From Callorhinchus milii (lineage: Eukaryota): a DNA stretch of 64,000 nt. A program made the translations under genes and the position numbers. The DNA lies in the NCBI RefSeq assembly GCF_018977255.1, contig NW_024704742.1:9302001-9366000 (forward strand), given 5' to 3'. The notes beneath the pieces are model-generated. The model was given only the letters and a program-made list of their open reading frames with translations. It was not told the DNA's origin and did no database searches. Of the stretch, positions 13,669 through 25,598 are shown piece after piece. Each line of letters starts with the position of its first letter. Position 1 is the stretch's first letter.

Positions 13669-13857
13669 ATTAATTTTTTTTGAAGGAATTAATACCCCCT
13701 GAAAAGCGATCCGCCAATCGACTAACAAAATGACTAACAACATGGTTCCTACTTACTACTGCTGGATAAACAGAGGTGTGTGGAGTAAGAAAACTTGCCC
13801 AATATTTTGCCCTGCTGGGAGTTAAACCCAAGTCTCTCGCTTTCAAGGCAAGTCTCG
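13669..13857 (-). mobile_element. Young SINE 5' half
   Basis: Anticodon arm, B-box and family body. Confidence 0.85.
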
Positions 13858-13871
13858 ATCCCAGACTCACC

Positions 13872-14354
13872 TTTTGGTCAGCCGGGTGACTGATACATGT
13901 GGAAACCTATCACCGTGATTAAGGGTATCCAAACCAAGCTTAGATTTCCATGCATCCCATCTACACATGGAAATCCCAGAGCTAGATTGCTGGAATGGAA
14001 TGCACACTCTCTCATAGAAACATAGAATTATACAGCACAGAAGGAGGCCATTCAGCCCATCGTATCTGTGCCAGCTCTTTGAAAAGAGCTTCCAAATCAA
14101 TCTCAAGCTCCATATAAACCTCCTCCTGCCCTTCCTCAACTAAGCCTATCAGCATAACCTATTCCTTTTTCCCTCATGTACTTACCTAGCTTCCCCTTAA
14201 ATGCATCTAGGCTATTCGTCTCAACTTGCCTTGTGGTAGCAAGCTCCACTATTAGGCGCAGGTTGGCAACAGGCAAGATTTGGGGAGCCAAGAGTGTGCA
14301 TTGGGGTAACTCCTAGAGTTTAACCAGCTAAAACCGAATAGCTTGCCATTGATA
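13872..14354 (-). mobile_element. Unclassified structured interspersed element, copy A (split by CR1 at 14013-14248)
   Basis: Aligns with 22191, 44772 and 54032; strand inferred from the A-rich end and G-U pairing. Confidence 0.8.
14013..14248 (-). mobile_element. CR1 3' end
   Basis: CATAGAAACATAGAA terminal repeat, GGAGGCCATTCAGCCC, reverse complement of the 12515 copy. Confidence 0.9.
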
Positions 14355-15034
14355 CATTCAGAAGAGCTCTGAGCGGGTCCAGGAGACAGTCAATGCAAGT
14401 TGTCATTACCAACGTCAAGCAGAGTTTGCAGCACCTCACTATATTTAGTATGCTGGGAAGCATTGCCGTGCCATTAAATGCTGAATGGCCTGAAGCAAAT
14501 GATTTACACAAGTCCCATGTTTAACCGAGGGAGCTTTTATAAACAAATATTACAATAATCGTAAAACCTGTAGGTGGTATGTTGCACTGCAGCAGAAAGT
14601 TATAAATAATTCATTTCAATTACATTTTCAATGTTTCTGCTAGTGGGTACGAAAGCATGCAGTCTGAGTTTTGCAGTGAGGGCATTTCTTCCCATAATAG
14701 TGATTTGTTTTTTTTTTCCAAAAAGAAACATTTGTGTTTGTTTTCCGTTAAAAGTCGACTGTCAAACTTGGTAATCATACAGAACGTTAGACATAACAGG
14801 AAAACAGCATTCCCTTTACAGCCTGACTGGGAATTGTTGCTCCCAACTTGATTTACATCAAATCAGTGGGTGTATTCCCACAGCTCCATATGATTCTGTG
14901 TGCAGCCAGGGCTGGCATACAAGGTGATCTGATAAACGTATGACTCCTTTAAAACCCAATTGGTCTATGCCGGTGTTTATGCTCCACATGATAAAGGTAT
15001 GATCCCTTTAAAACCAAACTTCTCCGTAATTGAT

Positions 15035-15752
15035 AATCATGCTTTGATACAGCGCCTTTCACGTTAGGAGGATGGCTGAAACCTGAATCTTCTGTAAAGT
15101 ATCGTGACTGTGTACTTTGTAGGCAACACAGCAGAAAATTTGCACACAGCAAAATCCCACAAACAGCCACCCAGTGAATGACCAATTTTATTTGGAGAAT
15201 TGTTGGCCAGGATACCAAGGGAAATTCCCTTCTCTTTTTGCATAGTGCCATTGGAGTGCAGTCCTGCAGTATTGTGGTTAGAGCACTTGCCACACAAGCG
15301 AGAGGACTCGGGTTCGATTCCCGGCCAGGGAGAAACCTTAGGCATGTTTCCTTACTCCACATACACATCTCTGTAAATAGGAACCCGGTTGTTAGTTGAT
15401 TGGTGTATCACTTTCTGGGGGTAATAATCCCTCTAAAATAATAATAATAATTTGGTCACTCAATCCACAACTGTTTGTGGAACACTGTTATGTGCAATTG
15501 GCTGTCACATTTCACCTATAAAATACACAATCACTACACTTTACAGTATATCCTGTGAAGTGCCTTGAGACGTCTCGAAGATGTGATAAGGCAAGATATC
15601 AAATTCGAGGATTATTATTATGGGACCTCTGTTTTTCGTCTCATTCGAAGGATGCCACCTTTAACAACCCCCAATAAAGACCTGATATGGGGCTTGAACC
15701 CACAACTTTCTGACTCAGAAGCAAGAGGGTTACCAACTGAGCCAGGCTGACC
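15035..15752 (-). mobile_element. Deu-domain SINE split by a young SINE insertion
   Basis: Head GTCAGCCTGGCTCAGTTGGT..GAGTCAGAA..GGTTCAAGCCCC at the right end, Deu domain and tail at the left. Confidence 0.8.
15258..15620 (+). mobile_element. Young tRNA-Ala-derived SINE, full length
   Basis: GGTTCGATTCC B-box, family body and tail. Confidence 0.9.
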
Positions 15753-15850
15753 CACTGCAGTAGGTGTGCTGTCCTTGTAGAGAAGACAGGGAAAGGACTG
15801 ACGAATGTCTAACATTATTTTGGCAATCTTCAGAGACTATGCTTGGGAAG

Positions 15851-16190
15851 TAATAATAAATAATATTCCTTGCATTTGATATAGCGCCTTATCACGTCTT
15901 TGAAATGTCTCAAAGTGTTTCACAGAATATACTGTAAAGTGAATTGACTGTATATTGTTTGAGCAAAACACGGCAGCCAATTGTGCACAACAGTATCCCA
16001 CAAAAANTTGTTTATTACCCTCAGAAAACCGATCCGCCAATCGACTAACAACCGGATTCCCACTGACTGCTTGGTGAACAGCGGCGTGTGGAGTAAGGAA
16101 ACTTGCCCAATGTTTTGCCCTGCCTGGGAATCAAACTTAGGTCCTCTTGCTTGGGAGGCGAGTGCTCTAACTGCTGAACTACAAGATTCC
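15851..16190 (-). mobile_element. Young tRNA-Ala-derived SINE
   Basis: Family match; contains an ambiguous base at 16008. Confidence 0.9.
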
Positions 16191-16304
16191 ACAAATGTAG
16201 TACTATGAAAAAAAAAGAATGAAAATCAAATATAAAATATAAAGAGCTGCCTTTGATCTAATAAAATGGCTGAGCAACAACAGCTTGTACTCATGTGGGT
16301 AGTG

Positions 16305-16730
16305 TCTCAGAGCCTTGTAGGTGAGGATGAGGATCTTGAAATTGATCCTCTGGGGGATGGGGAGCCAGTGGAGGCGAGCGAGGGTGGGAGTGATGTGGTT
16401 GCGGTGTCTGGTGCGGGACAGTACATGAGCTGCAGAGTTCTGAATGACCTGCAGCTTGTGGAGGGAGGTGCCGGGAAGGCCGACGAGGAGAGAGTTCCCA
16501 TAGTCCAGCCTTTAGGTGACAAAGGCGTGGACCAGAGTTTCAGCAGCGTGAGGGGTGAGGTAGTGCCGTAGTCTGGCGATGTTTTGGAGGTGATGGAAGG
16601 CGGTGCCAGTTGTGGCGCGGATGTGAGGGAGAAAGGACAGCTCAGGGTCGAACAGAACACTGAGGTTCCTGATTGGCTTTGAGAGGTGAAGAGTGCGGCC
16701 TTGGATGCTAATGCTGTCAGCGGGAGTAGG
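16305..16730 (-). mobile_element. L2 ORF2 fragment
   Basis: [47 protein letters not shown]. Confidence 0.9.
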
Positions 16731-16827
16731 GAGATCTAGAGATTTGGGGTATGGTGGTTGAAAGCACGGTGGCCAATGGAGGAGCAGAGGGGATGGCAGA
16801 AATACAGAATACAACAACAACAACAAG

Positions 16828-17020
16828 AAGATGGGCCGGTAGCTTGATAGCTGCGATGCATCAAGGGAGGGTTTTTTCAAGGTGGGAATGATGGTGGCTG
16901 TTTTTAAGGGAATAGGAACAGAGCTAGAGGAGAAGGACAGGTTGACGATGTCTGTGATATGTGGGGCAAGGAGGTGGAGCTGGGAGGTAAGGAGTGGAGT
17001 GGGGATGGGGTCACGGGAGC
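16828..17020 (-). mobile_element. L2 ORF2 fragment from upstream of the RT domain
   Basis: KKPSLDASQLSSYRPI motif (RT region 0/1 of L2). Confidence 0.85.
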
Positions 17021-17838
17021 ATTACATGTGTATAGCGCCTTTCACGTCAGGAAAGATGCTATACAAGGTGCTGGACAGTCAATGTTTCGGACCCGAGTTG
17101 GGGGTGCGGACTGGGGAGGCTGGAGGGCAGAGGTCGAAGGAGGGTGACTGAAGGCACGGTCAAAGAGGAGGGTCTTGAAGGAGGCAAGGGAGGGGGTGAG
17201 GCGGAGGAATTGTGGGATGGAGTTTCAGAGAGTGGGGGCAGAGTGGCAGAAGACCCTCCTGCCAATGGTGGGATGGGCGAGGCCAGAGAAGACCCAAACC
17301 AGCTAACTGAAGGCTGTTTCCATTTTCTTTTATTCCTACGGCCTCTTGCTGTGCACTATACCAATGAATTTGCATAGTCGAGCCTCGATGTAATGAAAGC
17401 ATGTACGAGGGTTTTGACAGCCTGTGGTGTGAGACAGTGTCGGAGCCGGGTGATGTTGCAGAGGTGGGGAAGGCAGAGAGGGTCATGGCGCAGATGTGGG
17501 GTAGGAAGGACAGTTGAGGTTCAAACAAGTCCCCAAGGTTCCAGACCGGCTTAGTAAGGTGGAGTGTGTAACCATGGATGGTGATGCTGTCAGTGTCTGA
17601 GGTGAGGAGGCGCTGACGGGAGCCAATCAGGAGAGCCTCGGTCTTGTTGACGTTCAACTGAAGAAAGTTTGCTCTCATCCAGGACTTGATGTCCGACAAA
17701 CATTCTGTCAGCACAGCAGTGGTCCTGGAGTCAAGGGTGGAGCCAGAGAGGTAGAGTTGGGTGTCATCCGCATACATGTGAAGTTGACCCCATATCTGTT
17801 CATGATGTTACCAAGAGAGAGCATATAGATATTGAACA
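17021..17838 (-). mobile_element. L2 LINE, 5'-truncated, with internal deletion and filler near 17300-17370
   Basis: [11 protein letters not shown]...[16 protein letters not shown] plus 3' UTR. Confidence 0.93.
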
Positions 17839-18799
17839 ACCTTGTTCCATTTTCCATTGTTCCATTCTTCGTCTCACCTGGGAGGATGCATCAAGCCACA
17901 AATTCCTTTGAAAATGTTCTGTTTTAGAAAATCACAGCTGTTTTGCTGCTGCTAACTCTAATGAAAGATAATAGTAAATTGGTCACTTCCGTCCATGACT
18001 ATTTTTGGGACACTACTGTGTGCAATTGGCTGCTGTGTTTCGCCCACAAAATATACAGTCAATTCATTTTACAGTATATTCTGTGAAGCGTTTTGAGATG
18101 TCTCAAAGATGTGATAAGGCGCTATAGCAAATGCTAGGTTTATTATTATAGAACTTGAGCTTTGTCTGAATTGACAAAAGGCATTAAGTGCATAGAAGAC
18201 AAGAGTCTACAATAATAAGTGCTGCAGTTTCATGTCAATGATGATGAAAGTAATGAATGTGACTTTGCCTATTATAGAGTCAGGCTCCACCACTGTTAAG
18301 TACTCTGAGCAGCTATCCTCCGTGGAGCACATTATACAAGTGCAAGTTGTTGATTTTGTTAAACATATTAAAGATAATCAACACTATAGCTTGTATTAGG
18401 GGTGTTATGGATGAGGAAACCAATTCCAATTTTCAGATTTTCAGTGAATTTTATCACAAGTTGACCCGTTCATCCCCAATGTTGTTGAAGTGAACTGGGT
18501 ATATTGGAGGCAAGCACAGCAACAACAAGAAAAACAAAATTACATTTGTAAAGCGACTTTCACATCGGGCAGACATCCCGAGGCCATATCTCCATTGTTT
18601 TCAATCCTGTACAAGACTTCACTTGAAAGAAGCCTACTCTAATTATATATATATACACCTTGGGACGTCCTTCTGATGTGAAAGGTGCTATACAAATGTA
18701 ATTTTGTATTGTATTTTTATATATATATATTTTAAATGAAATGGAAACATTATTGAAATTAAAAATTCAAAGTATCTTTATTGAGCTGTCACTGGCTCA

Positions 18800-18992
18800 T
18801 TGAAGTGACCAATTTACTGTTATTATTTTTTTGAAGGACTATTACTCCCGGAAAAGCAATCCGCCAATTGACTAGGGATCCTATCTACTGCTAGGTAAAC
18901 AGAAGAGTGTGGAGTAAGGAAATTTGTCCAACATTTTGCCCTGCCGGGAATCAAACCCAGGCGAGTGCTCTAGCCACTGAGCTACAGGAGTC
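18800..18992 (-). mobile_element. Young SINE 5' half
   Basis: Head and body, tail missing. Confidence 0.85.
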
Positions 18993-19959
18993 CTTATCAT
19001 CTTATGTCACAGCTGGGAATCCCCCAGATAAATTAGTTATTCACTTCATGGCAGTTTGTTGTGGACCTGAACAATTACGCAAGCAGTCTTAAATGCTACC
19101 TACTATAGCTGTTGAGCCTTTCCTCTGGTGGCTTGTCACATTGCTGACAAAGTTGGTTGAGGTGTTTGCTTCCTTGCAGCCTGCTCCTGTTTTCCTGTAT
19201 TTATTGCCGACTATTCTGAAATAAACAGTCTGTAGAATGATGAAGCGGGTTGTGAAACCCGATTATCGTCCTAGATTATTGTGCAGGGAATAGGATAAGA
19301 AAGGATTTGGTTTGTGAAACGAAAACTGATTAATTTTTGATGTGTCAGAGAGATACTAAATCTACAGCACTGCCAAAGCGGATTCTAATGAATGTTGCAC
19401 TGACTCAGACCATGGTTCAGTACTGACAAGTGAAGTGTCACCCAAAACATCCATCCATCACTGCTTGTCAACCAGTAGATGCTAAATAAAGTGGAAGCAG
19501 CCTCTGTGAATGTGAGAGATGAGGGTATCAGGCTCAAAAGCTTTCCAGGTGGAACTCCGATGTTGCCAATAATTCCCTGGATCCGTTGTAATGAATTGCT
19601 TGGAGTCAGAGGTGCATTAAATGTTTTTCACGCATGTATTAATGTGCATGTTTTTGTTCCCAGCCTCACGAGCATCCTGGTGATTCTATAGAGCTGCAAA
19701 CGTTGACTGGTAAAAGCTTTTGTTGTGTATTAATCAAGGTAAAGAAAACAGCATCAAAGTAGCAGCAGCTCATTCATCTGTAGAACTAATAGAAGGGAAA
19801 CTACTGGTGATTTATCCAGTGACGTTCAGAGCAAACTAATTCATAGCAGTGGGTATTCAGATGGCCTAAAGTTCTATAAAGTATTTGCGTGTAAAACAAC
19901 AACTTACATTCATATAGCACCCTTCACATTGAATAACATTTTAGCATGCTTATAATATT

Positions 19960-20285
19960 AATAATAATAATAATCCTTGCATTTGATATAGTGCCTTATA
20001 ATGGCTCCAAGACGTCTCAAAGCACTTCACAGAATATACTGTAAAGTGAATTGACTGTATATTTGTGGGCGAAACGTGGTAGCCAATTGCGCACAGCAGT
20101 GTCCCACAAACAGTGGTGGATTGAAGTGACCAATTTTTTATTTGTTTTTGAAGGAAATAATTTTTTGAAGGTAAACAGAGGCGTGTGGAGTAAGGAAACT
20201 TGCACAACGTTTCGCCCTGTGGGGAATCAAACCCAGGTTCTCCTGCTTGTGAGGCGAGTGCTCTAACCACTGAGCTGCAGGACTT
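19960..20285 (-). mobile_element. Young tRNA-Ala-derived SINE (internal deletion)
   Basis: Family match. Confidence 0.9.
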
Positions 20286-20686
20286 TTTAGTGACCGGATA
20301 GATGCTGAACGGGGAGAGATGGGAAGTCACAGTCAAAGAAATAGATTTAACATGATAACGAGATAACAAGAGTGGGGGGAGAGATAGATCGGCCGAGGAG
20401 GGACTTTCAAAGTTTAGGGGCATGGGATTGGGAAGCTTGACCACAAATAGTGGCTTGAGTGAAATTCAATCTTGAAGTCAGTTCTATTGAAGCACTGCAG
20501 CAAAACAATGTCCAAATTCAAACTGAATTTAGGGATTTTCCACAATTCTGCGCAATCTTAAACTTTAAGACAAAATGATCTGACAGGCTATGACCAGGGT
20601 GGGATTTGACGCTTTCTGTCTCTAGGAATTGGGCGTCTATCCTCACAGGAAGACTTTGCCTCACCTGCCTCTAGTTGCTTGCTTCT

Positions 20687-20925
20687 AGGAACATAGCAAT
20701 ATTGGAACAGGAGTACGCAGGCCATTCAGCCCTCCGAGCCTATTCAGCTATTCTATTCGATTGTGGCTGATCTGTACCTGAACCCCATTTATCTGCCTTT
20801 GCTCCGTATGCCTTGGTACCCTGACCTAACAAACATCTGTCCACCTTGAAAATTTTAATTGATCCAACATCAACAGTCCTTTTGGGGGAGAGAGAGAGTT
20901 CCAGATTTCCACAACCCTTAATTCC
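20687..20925 (-). mobile_element. CR1 3' end (second subfamily)
   Basis: TAGGAACATAG..GGAACAGGAGTA..GGCCATTCAGCCC terminus. Confidence 0.85.
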
Positions 20926-21424
20926 ACTACTTCTTATTGAACAACCCAAAGTGCTCAGTACAAAAAGTGAAGTATGTTCATTGATTGCAATTCTGCAGCT
21001 GCAGATGTGAGCAAAGATGTTGAGCCAGGTGTGAGGCAGTATCAGTTGTAAGATGCGCTTTGAGTAAAATCAAATAATAATAATAATCCTTGCATTTGAT
21101 ATAGAGCCTTATCACATCTTCGAGACGTCTCAAAGCGCTTCACAGGATATACTGTAAAGTGAATTGACTGTATATTTTGTGGGCGAAATGCAGCAGCCAA
21201 TTGCACACAGTGCTTTGGGAGTGGACTTGAACGACTTCTGGACCTTCTTTTGGTCTTTCCTTTCTTTTTTTTGTTTTATGTCTCTTATGCATAAAGGTTA
21301 CACACGGATGACTCATCCTCTTGCATTTCTTTCTTTGACGATTTTTCTACCAATATCTCCCTGCTCTCCTTGAAAGTGTTTAACTCCCTTTTGTTCCTTC
21401 CGTGAGGAGTGGTCATTCTCTGGG

Positions 21425-21782
21425 ATATAGAACTGTAAAAATGTACAGCACGGAAAGCCATTCAGTGTCTGTGTTGGCTCTTTTAAGAGCAATCCTTTCA
21501 GTCCCATTTACCTGCCCTTTTTAGGTATTTATCTCGTTCTTGTTTCAAAGCTAATGTGGATTCTCAAATATTCGGCAGGGCCTTCGATTATCTAACTACT
21601 CATGCATAAAAAAATGCAAGATCTATAGTGACTTTCAAGAGGTACGTAGATAGATATCTAAAAGGGGTAATTTGCAGGAATATAAGGTGGGTAAATATGA
21701 CTGAATGAATTCCTCCTTCAAAGGGTCAACGTAGAAATGATGGGGATGAATGGACTTTTCCTGTGCTGTAAAGTTCTATAAC
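21425..21782. mobile_element. Two degenerate CR1 3' ends, minus then plus
   Basis: ACAGCACGGAAAGCCATTCAG and GAATGGACTTTTCCTGTGCTGTAAAGTTCTAT. Confidence 0.6.
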
Positions 21783-22190
21783 ATATATAGGTGTTTTTAT
21801 TATTAATTAGTCTCATCGTATCACTGTGCTATCTTGTCAGCATTATGTTTCGCCCACAAAATACACAGTCAATGAAATGCACTTTACAGTATATCCTGTG
21901 AAGCACTTTGAGACGTCTCGAAGATATGTTAAGGTGCTATATCAAATACAAGGATTATTATTATTATTAAAGTGCCCGGAAACACAAGGAGGATGAGAAG
22001 CCATGCTGTTGGATGGTCATTAGTGCTTTGATTTGAACCAGAACTAGTTGTGTTGTGTATTCGCCTTGGGACATTCTCCCGATGTGAATGGCACTGCATA
22101 AATGTAAATTTTTATTGTATTGAACGTGAAGGGCAAGACTGTAAATTACCATTGGGGCTCATCTGTCCTGAACATTGCCAGAAAGTTTCC

Positions 22191-22775
22191 TTTTCTTTGG
22201 TCAGCCGGGTGTCTGACACATGCAGAAACCCACCAAAGTGCTTAAGAGTATCCAAACCAAGCTGAGATTTCCATGCATCCCACCTACACACGGAAATCCC
22301 AGAGATAGATTGTTGGAATGGAATAGCACTCTTTCCCTGGACAGACACTTCCTGTTTACCTAATTCTAGAAAGTATTAGGTGTAGGTTGACAAGAGCAAA
22401 GACTTGGGGACCCCAGAGTGTGCATTGCGGTAATTGCTGGAGTCTAACCAGCTAAAACGACAGCTTGCCATCGATGTCGCTGTTTGGCAAGCTTTCCCGC
22501 TGCTTGTCCAGCTAGGACCACCCTATCCGTTAGTGCTTTGCAGGATTAACAGGAGCTGAGTGAGATGACTCCCTGCCCGCAGTGACTCCCTGCCTTCCAG
22601 GTCCAGCTGTTGAGCCAGACTGGGCTGTGCTGTCATCAGCAGTGCCCTGGAATACTGCGGACCGGCCCGGCTCAGGAACCGGACTAGAGACGGTCACAGA
22701 GGGCTGGCTCCATTCTGACATTCCATTGTCAAACATGTCACCTTAGAGCCACTTCAGCTCCGAGGAGACCCTGCT
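22191..22775 (-). mobile_element. Unclassified structured interspersed element, copy B (apparently full length)
   Basis: Collinear with copy D over about 580 bp; multiple internal inverted repeats; no ORF or recognisable tRNA head. Confidence 0.85.
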
Positions 22776-23451
22776 TAATTTCCATTGCCCAAACCATGGG
22801 AGCAGCTCTTCTATCCCTTGGGATATTGTTGTACAAGGACAATGAAATGGCCTCTGCAGATGTGCTGAGTAGCTTGGCGGCAATGCTGCAGCTGGTGTAG
22901 GAGGCAGATACTTGCTGCCTAGAAACAGAAGAGTTCTCACTTTAACTCATTCAATTTACTGGAAAAGGGAATCTTCCTCCTGTCGAGCTGCTGTCAAAAC
23001 CATTGCATTGAGTTGGGAGAAGGAAGGTCATTTTCCTGCACAGTGTAAATAAATGAACCCAGAATAAAGGTTAGTGCAAATCAGTTGTCCGTCCCATTGC
23101 AATGATATGCTTGCCCAATGGTAACAGTCCCTGCATTCCTAAAGTAGTGAGCTTTTGTCTAAAGTTGTAATAATAATAAAATTATAATAATCCTTGCATT
23201 AAATGAAGCACTTTATCATGTCGTCGATGTACTTTACAGTGCATCGACGACTGTAAAGCGCAAGTGAAAGTGGCACTTAATTTGCGCACAGCAATGTCCC
23301 CACAAACAGCCATGATGTTAGGGTCGTGGCACATTACATTCCTCTAATACGTGGTACACTAGCACATCATGTACTGTTAGCTGCTACTCAGCACAAACTG
23401 TTGAAAGCTCCAGCAGGAGCTGAGTGAGGGAGAGAGAGAGTGAGCAAGATT

Positions 23452-23480
23452 GAGTGAGTGAGTGAGTGAGTGAGTGAGTG
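23452..23480. repeat. (GAGT)n microsatellite
   Basis: About seven tandem GAGT units. Confidence 0.95.
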
Positions 23481-24019
23481 ACAAGCTGACAGCACCTTAG
23501 AGACAAGACTGCATGTCACCATCTTACAGCACTAATTGCTCAGAGACTGGCTGACAACCTGCAGTGCAGTTGATCACCGCAGCAAAGTGCCTGAATCCCC
23601 CTGTTGGACCAGTTCTCCTGCCCTCGTTACATTACCCGTTTGTCTCCTGACTCAAGCCTGTCGAGTCTCTCCAGAGGTTATACACAGAAAATGATTTTCA
23701 CGACTTCAAATTTCACCGGAGCAGACTCAGAGTTTGATCAGTTGTTGACTCAGAGCAAGTGCTGAGACTGAAGTCACCAACGGGGCTTTGGAGATGAACA
23801 GCTGATCCCAGAGACCAGAGAAAACTCTCAATGCTTTTTTTTCACATGATTAAAAATATTAGCACCAGTTTCAAATCACAGCAAGAGTGAACTGATTTCT
23901 CAGCGTCACATTTTAAACAAGTTGGCCCACAAAACACACGGTTCCTGCTCTTTGCAGTCTATTCTGTAATGCACTTTGAGAAAGGCGCTAGATAGGAATG
24001 TAAAGATTATTCAGGCATT

Positions 24020-24338
24020 ATAATAATAATAATCCTTGCATTTGATATAGAGCTTTTCACATCTTCTGGATGTCTCAATGCGCTTCACAGAATATACTGT
24101 AAAGTGAATTGACTGTATATTTGTGGGCAAAACGCAACAGCCAATTTCGCACAGCAATGTCCCACAAACAGTCGTGGATTGAAAATGACCAATTTATTAT
24201 TGTTTTGTTTTTTGGAGGGATTATTATTAGGCTCTGTGTGGAGTAAGGAAACTTGCCCAAGGATTCGTCCTGCCTGGAATTGCACCCAGGTGTCTCACTT
24301 GCAAGGCAAGTGCTCTAACCACTGAGCTACAGGACTCC
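24020..24338 (-). mobile_element. Young SINE, short subfamily
   Basis: CTCCACACAGAGCCTAATAATAATCCCTCC diagnostic junction. Confidence 0.92.
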
Positions 24339-24610
24339 ATTATCATCTGAAGCATAGAATATCATAGAATCATAGAATCATAAAGCATAGAAGGAGGTCA
24401 TTTGGCCCATCATGTCCGTGCCAGCTTTTTGAAAGAGCTGTATAATATGTTTTGCTTTCGTTGAAACACAATCTATACAATTTAGATCAGTGCGAACCAG
24501 TAAAGTATCTGCAGCTTAAGTTTGTAGTACTTGCTCAACTTTGTGAGTCTCTATATCTTTTAATGCAGTCTCAATACAGTATTCTAAATGTTACATTCAG
24601 AATGTTTGTT

Positions 24611-24919
24611 AGGGAGCTGTGGATACTTCCAACTCGGCTCCTGTTAACCCTACAAGCCAAAGCCTCTGTGGGTGAGGCTGTGCTAGCTGGACAAGCTTGC
24701 TAGATAGTGTTTGCAATTGAAAATTATGCGGTTTTAGCTTTTTAAGCTCCAGCAGGGTGTGTATGTGTGTGTGTCTCGGGGAGAGAATGAGCATTCCATT
24801 CCAGGGTAAGGGGAGATTTGCATGCGTAGGTGCAACTCTTTGCAGTTTAGTTTGGATGTTTGTAAGCAGGATGATGGGTTTCTGCACGTTTCGGTTACAC
24901 AGCTGATGCAAAACAAAAA
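24611..24919 (+). mobile_element. Unclassified structured interspersed element, diverged copy C (opposite orientation)
   Basis: CTCCTGTTAACCCTACAAGCCAAAGCC, GCATTCCATTCCAG and GATGGGTTTCTGCA are reverse complements of blocks in copies B, D and E, in the same order. Confidence 0.75.
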
Positions 24920-25262
24920 TGCTTTTACATTCTTCATTTGTCTCTGGAGATTATATATCATTATTGGAGTTATTCCCAATGGATAATTTTCCCCATTCCG
25001 CATCTGGCAAGACCTGACTTGGAGCTGAATCAACTCTTTGCCTCTGGAGCGAGAGCTGAAGGAGAAGCTGGCACTCGGGAGGTGATCAGCTGATCACTAG
25101 CATCTGTGTTTCCTGAACCCTTTGGAAAAACGACTTCAGAAAGGAAGTAAAAATCCCTGGAATGCCACAATATCTCCTCTTTCCTGCCACATTTCCAGAC
25201 TCTGGATGGATAATATAACATGGGTATCAGTGGGATTAAGCAGATGCCACCCTAATTGATAT

Positions 25263-25598
25263 ATAATAATAATCCTTGCATATGATACAGCGCCTTATCA
25301 CATCTTCTAGATGTCTCAAAGCACTTCACAGGATATACTGTAAAGTGAATTGACTGTATATTTTATGGGTGAAACGCAGGAGCCAATTTCGCACAGCGGT
25401 GTTCCACAAACAGTCGTGGATTGAGTGGCCAAATTATTTATTGGACAACCAACTAACAACCAGGTTCCTATTTACTGCTCGGTAAACAGAGGCGTGTGGA
25501 GTAAGGGAACTTGCCCACTGTTTTGCCCTGCCCGGGAATCAAATCCAGGTCCTCTTGCTTGTGAGGCGAGTGCTCTAACCACTGAGCTACAGGACTCC
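25263..25598 (-). mobile_element. Young tRNA-Ala-derived SINE
   Basis: Family match. Confidence 0.92.

Noticed and set aside
22320..22475. HDV-like ribozyme in the structured element (GGCAAG could pair downstream, giving a P1/P2/P3/P4-like order)
   Set aside because: No GG for P1.1, no short J4/2 with a catalytic C, and P1 is poor in copy E; only a formal motif search could rescue it
22600..22650. Hammerhead core CTGATGA on the minus strand of copies B and D
   Set aside because: No stem II followed by GAAA, and the motif lies within an ordinary hairpin
25030..25085. Coiled-coil-like LERELKEKLALG micro-frame
   Set aside because: Bounded by stops within 20 codons and weak splice sites
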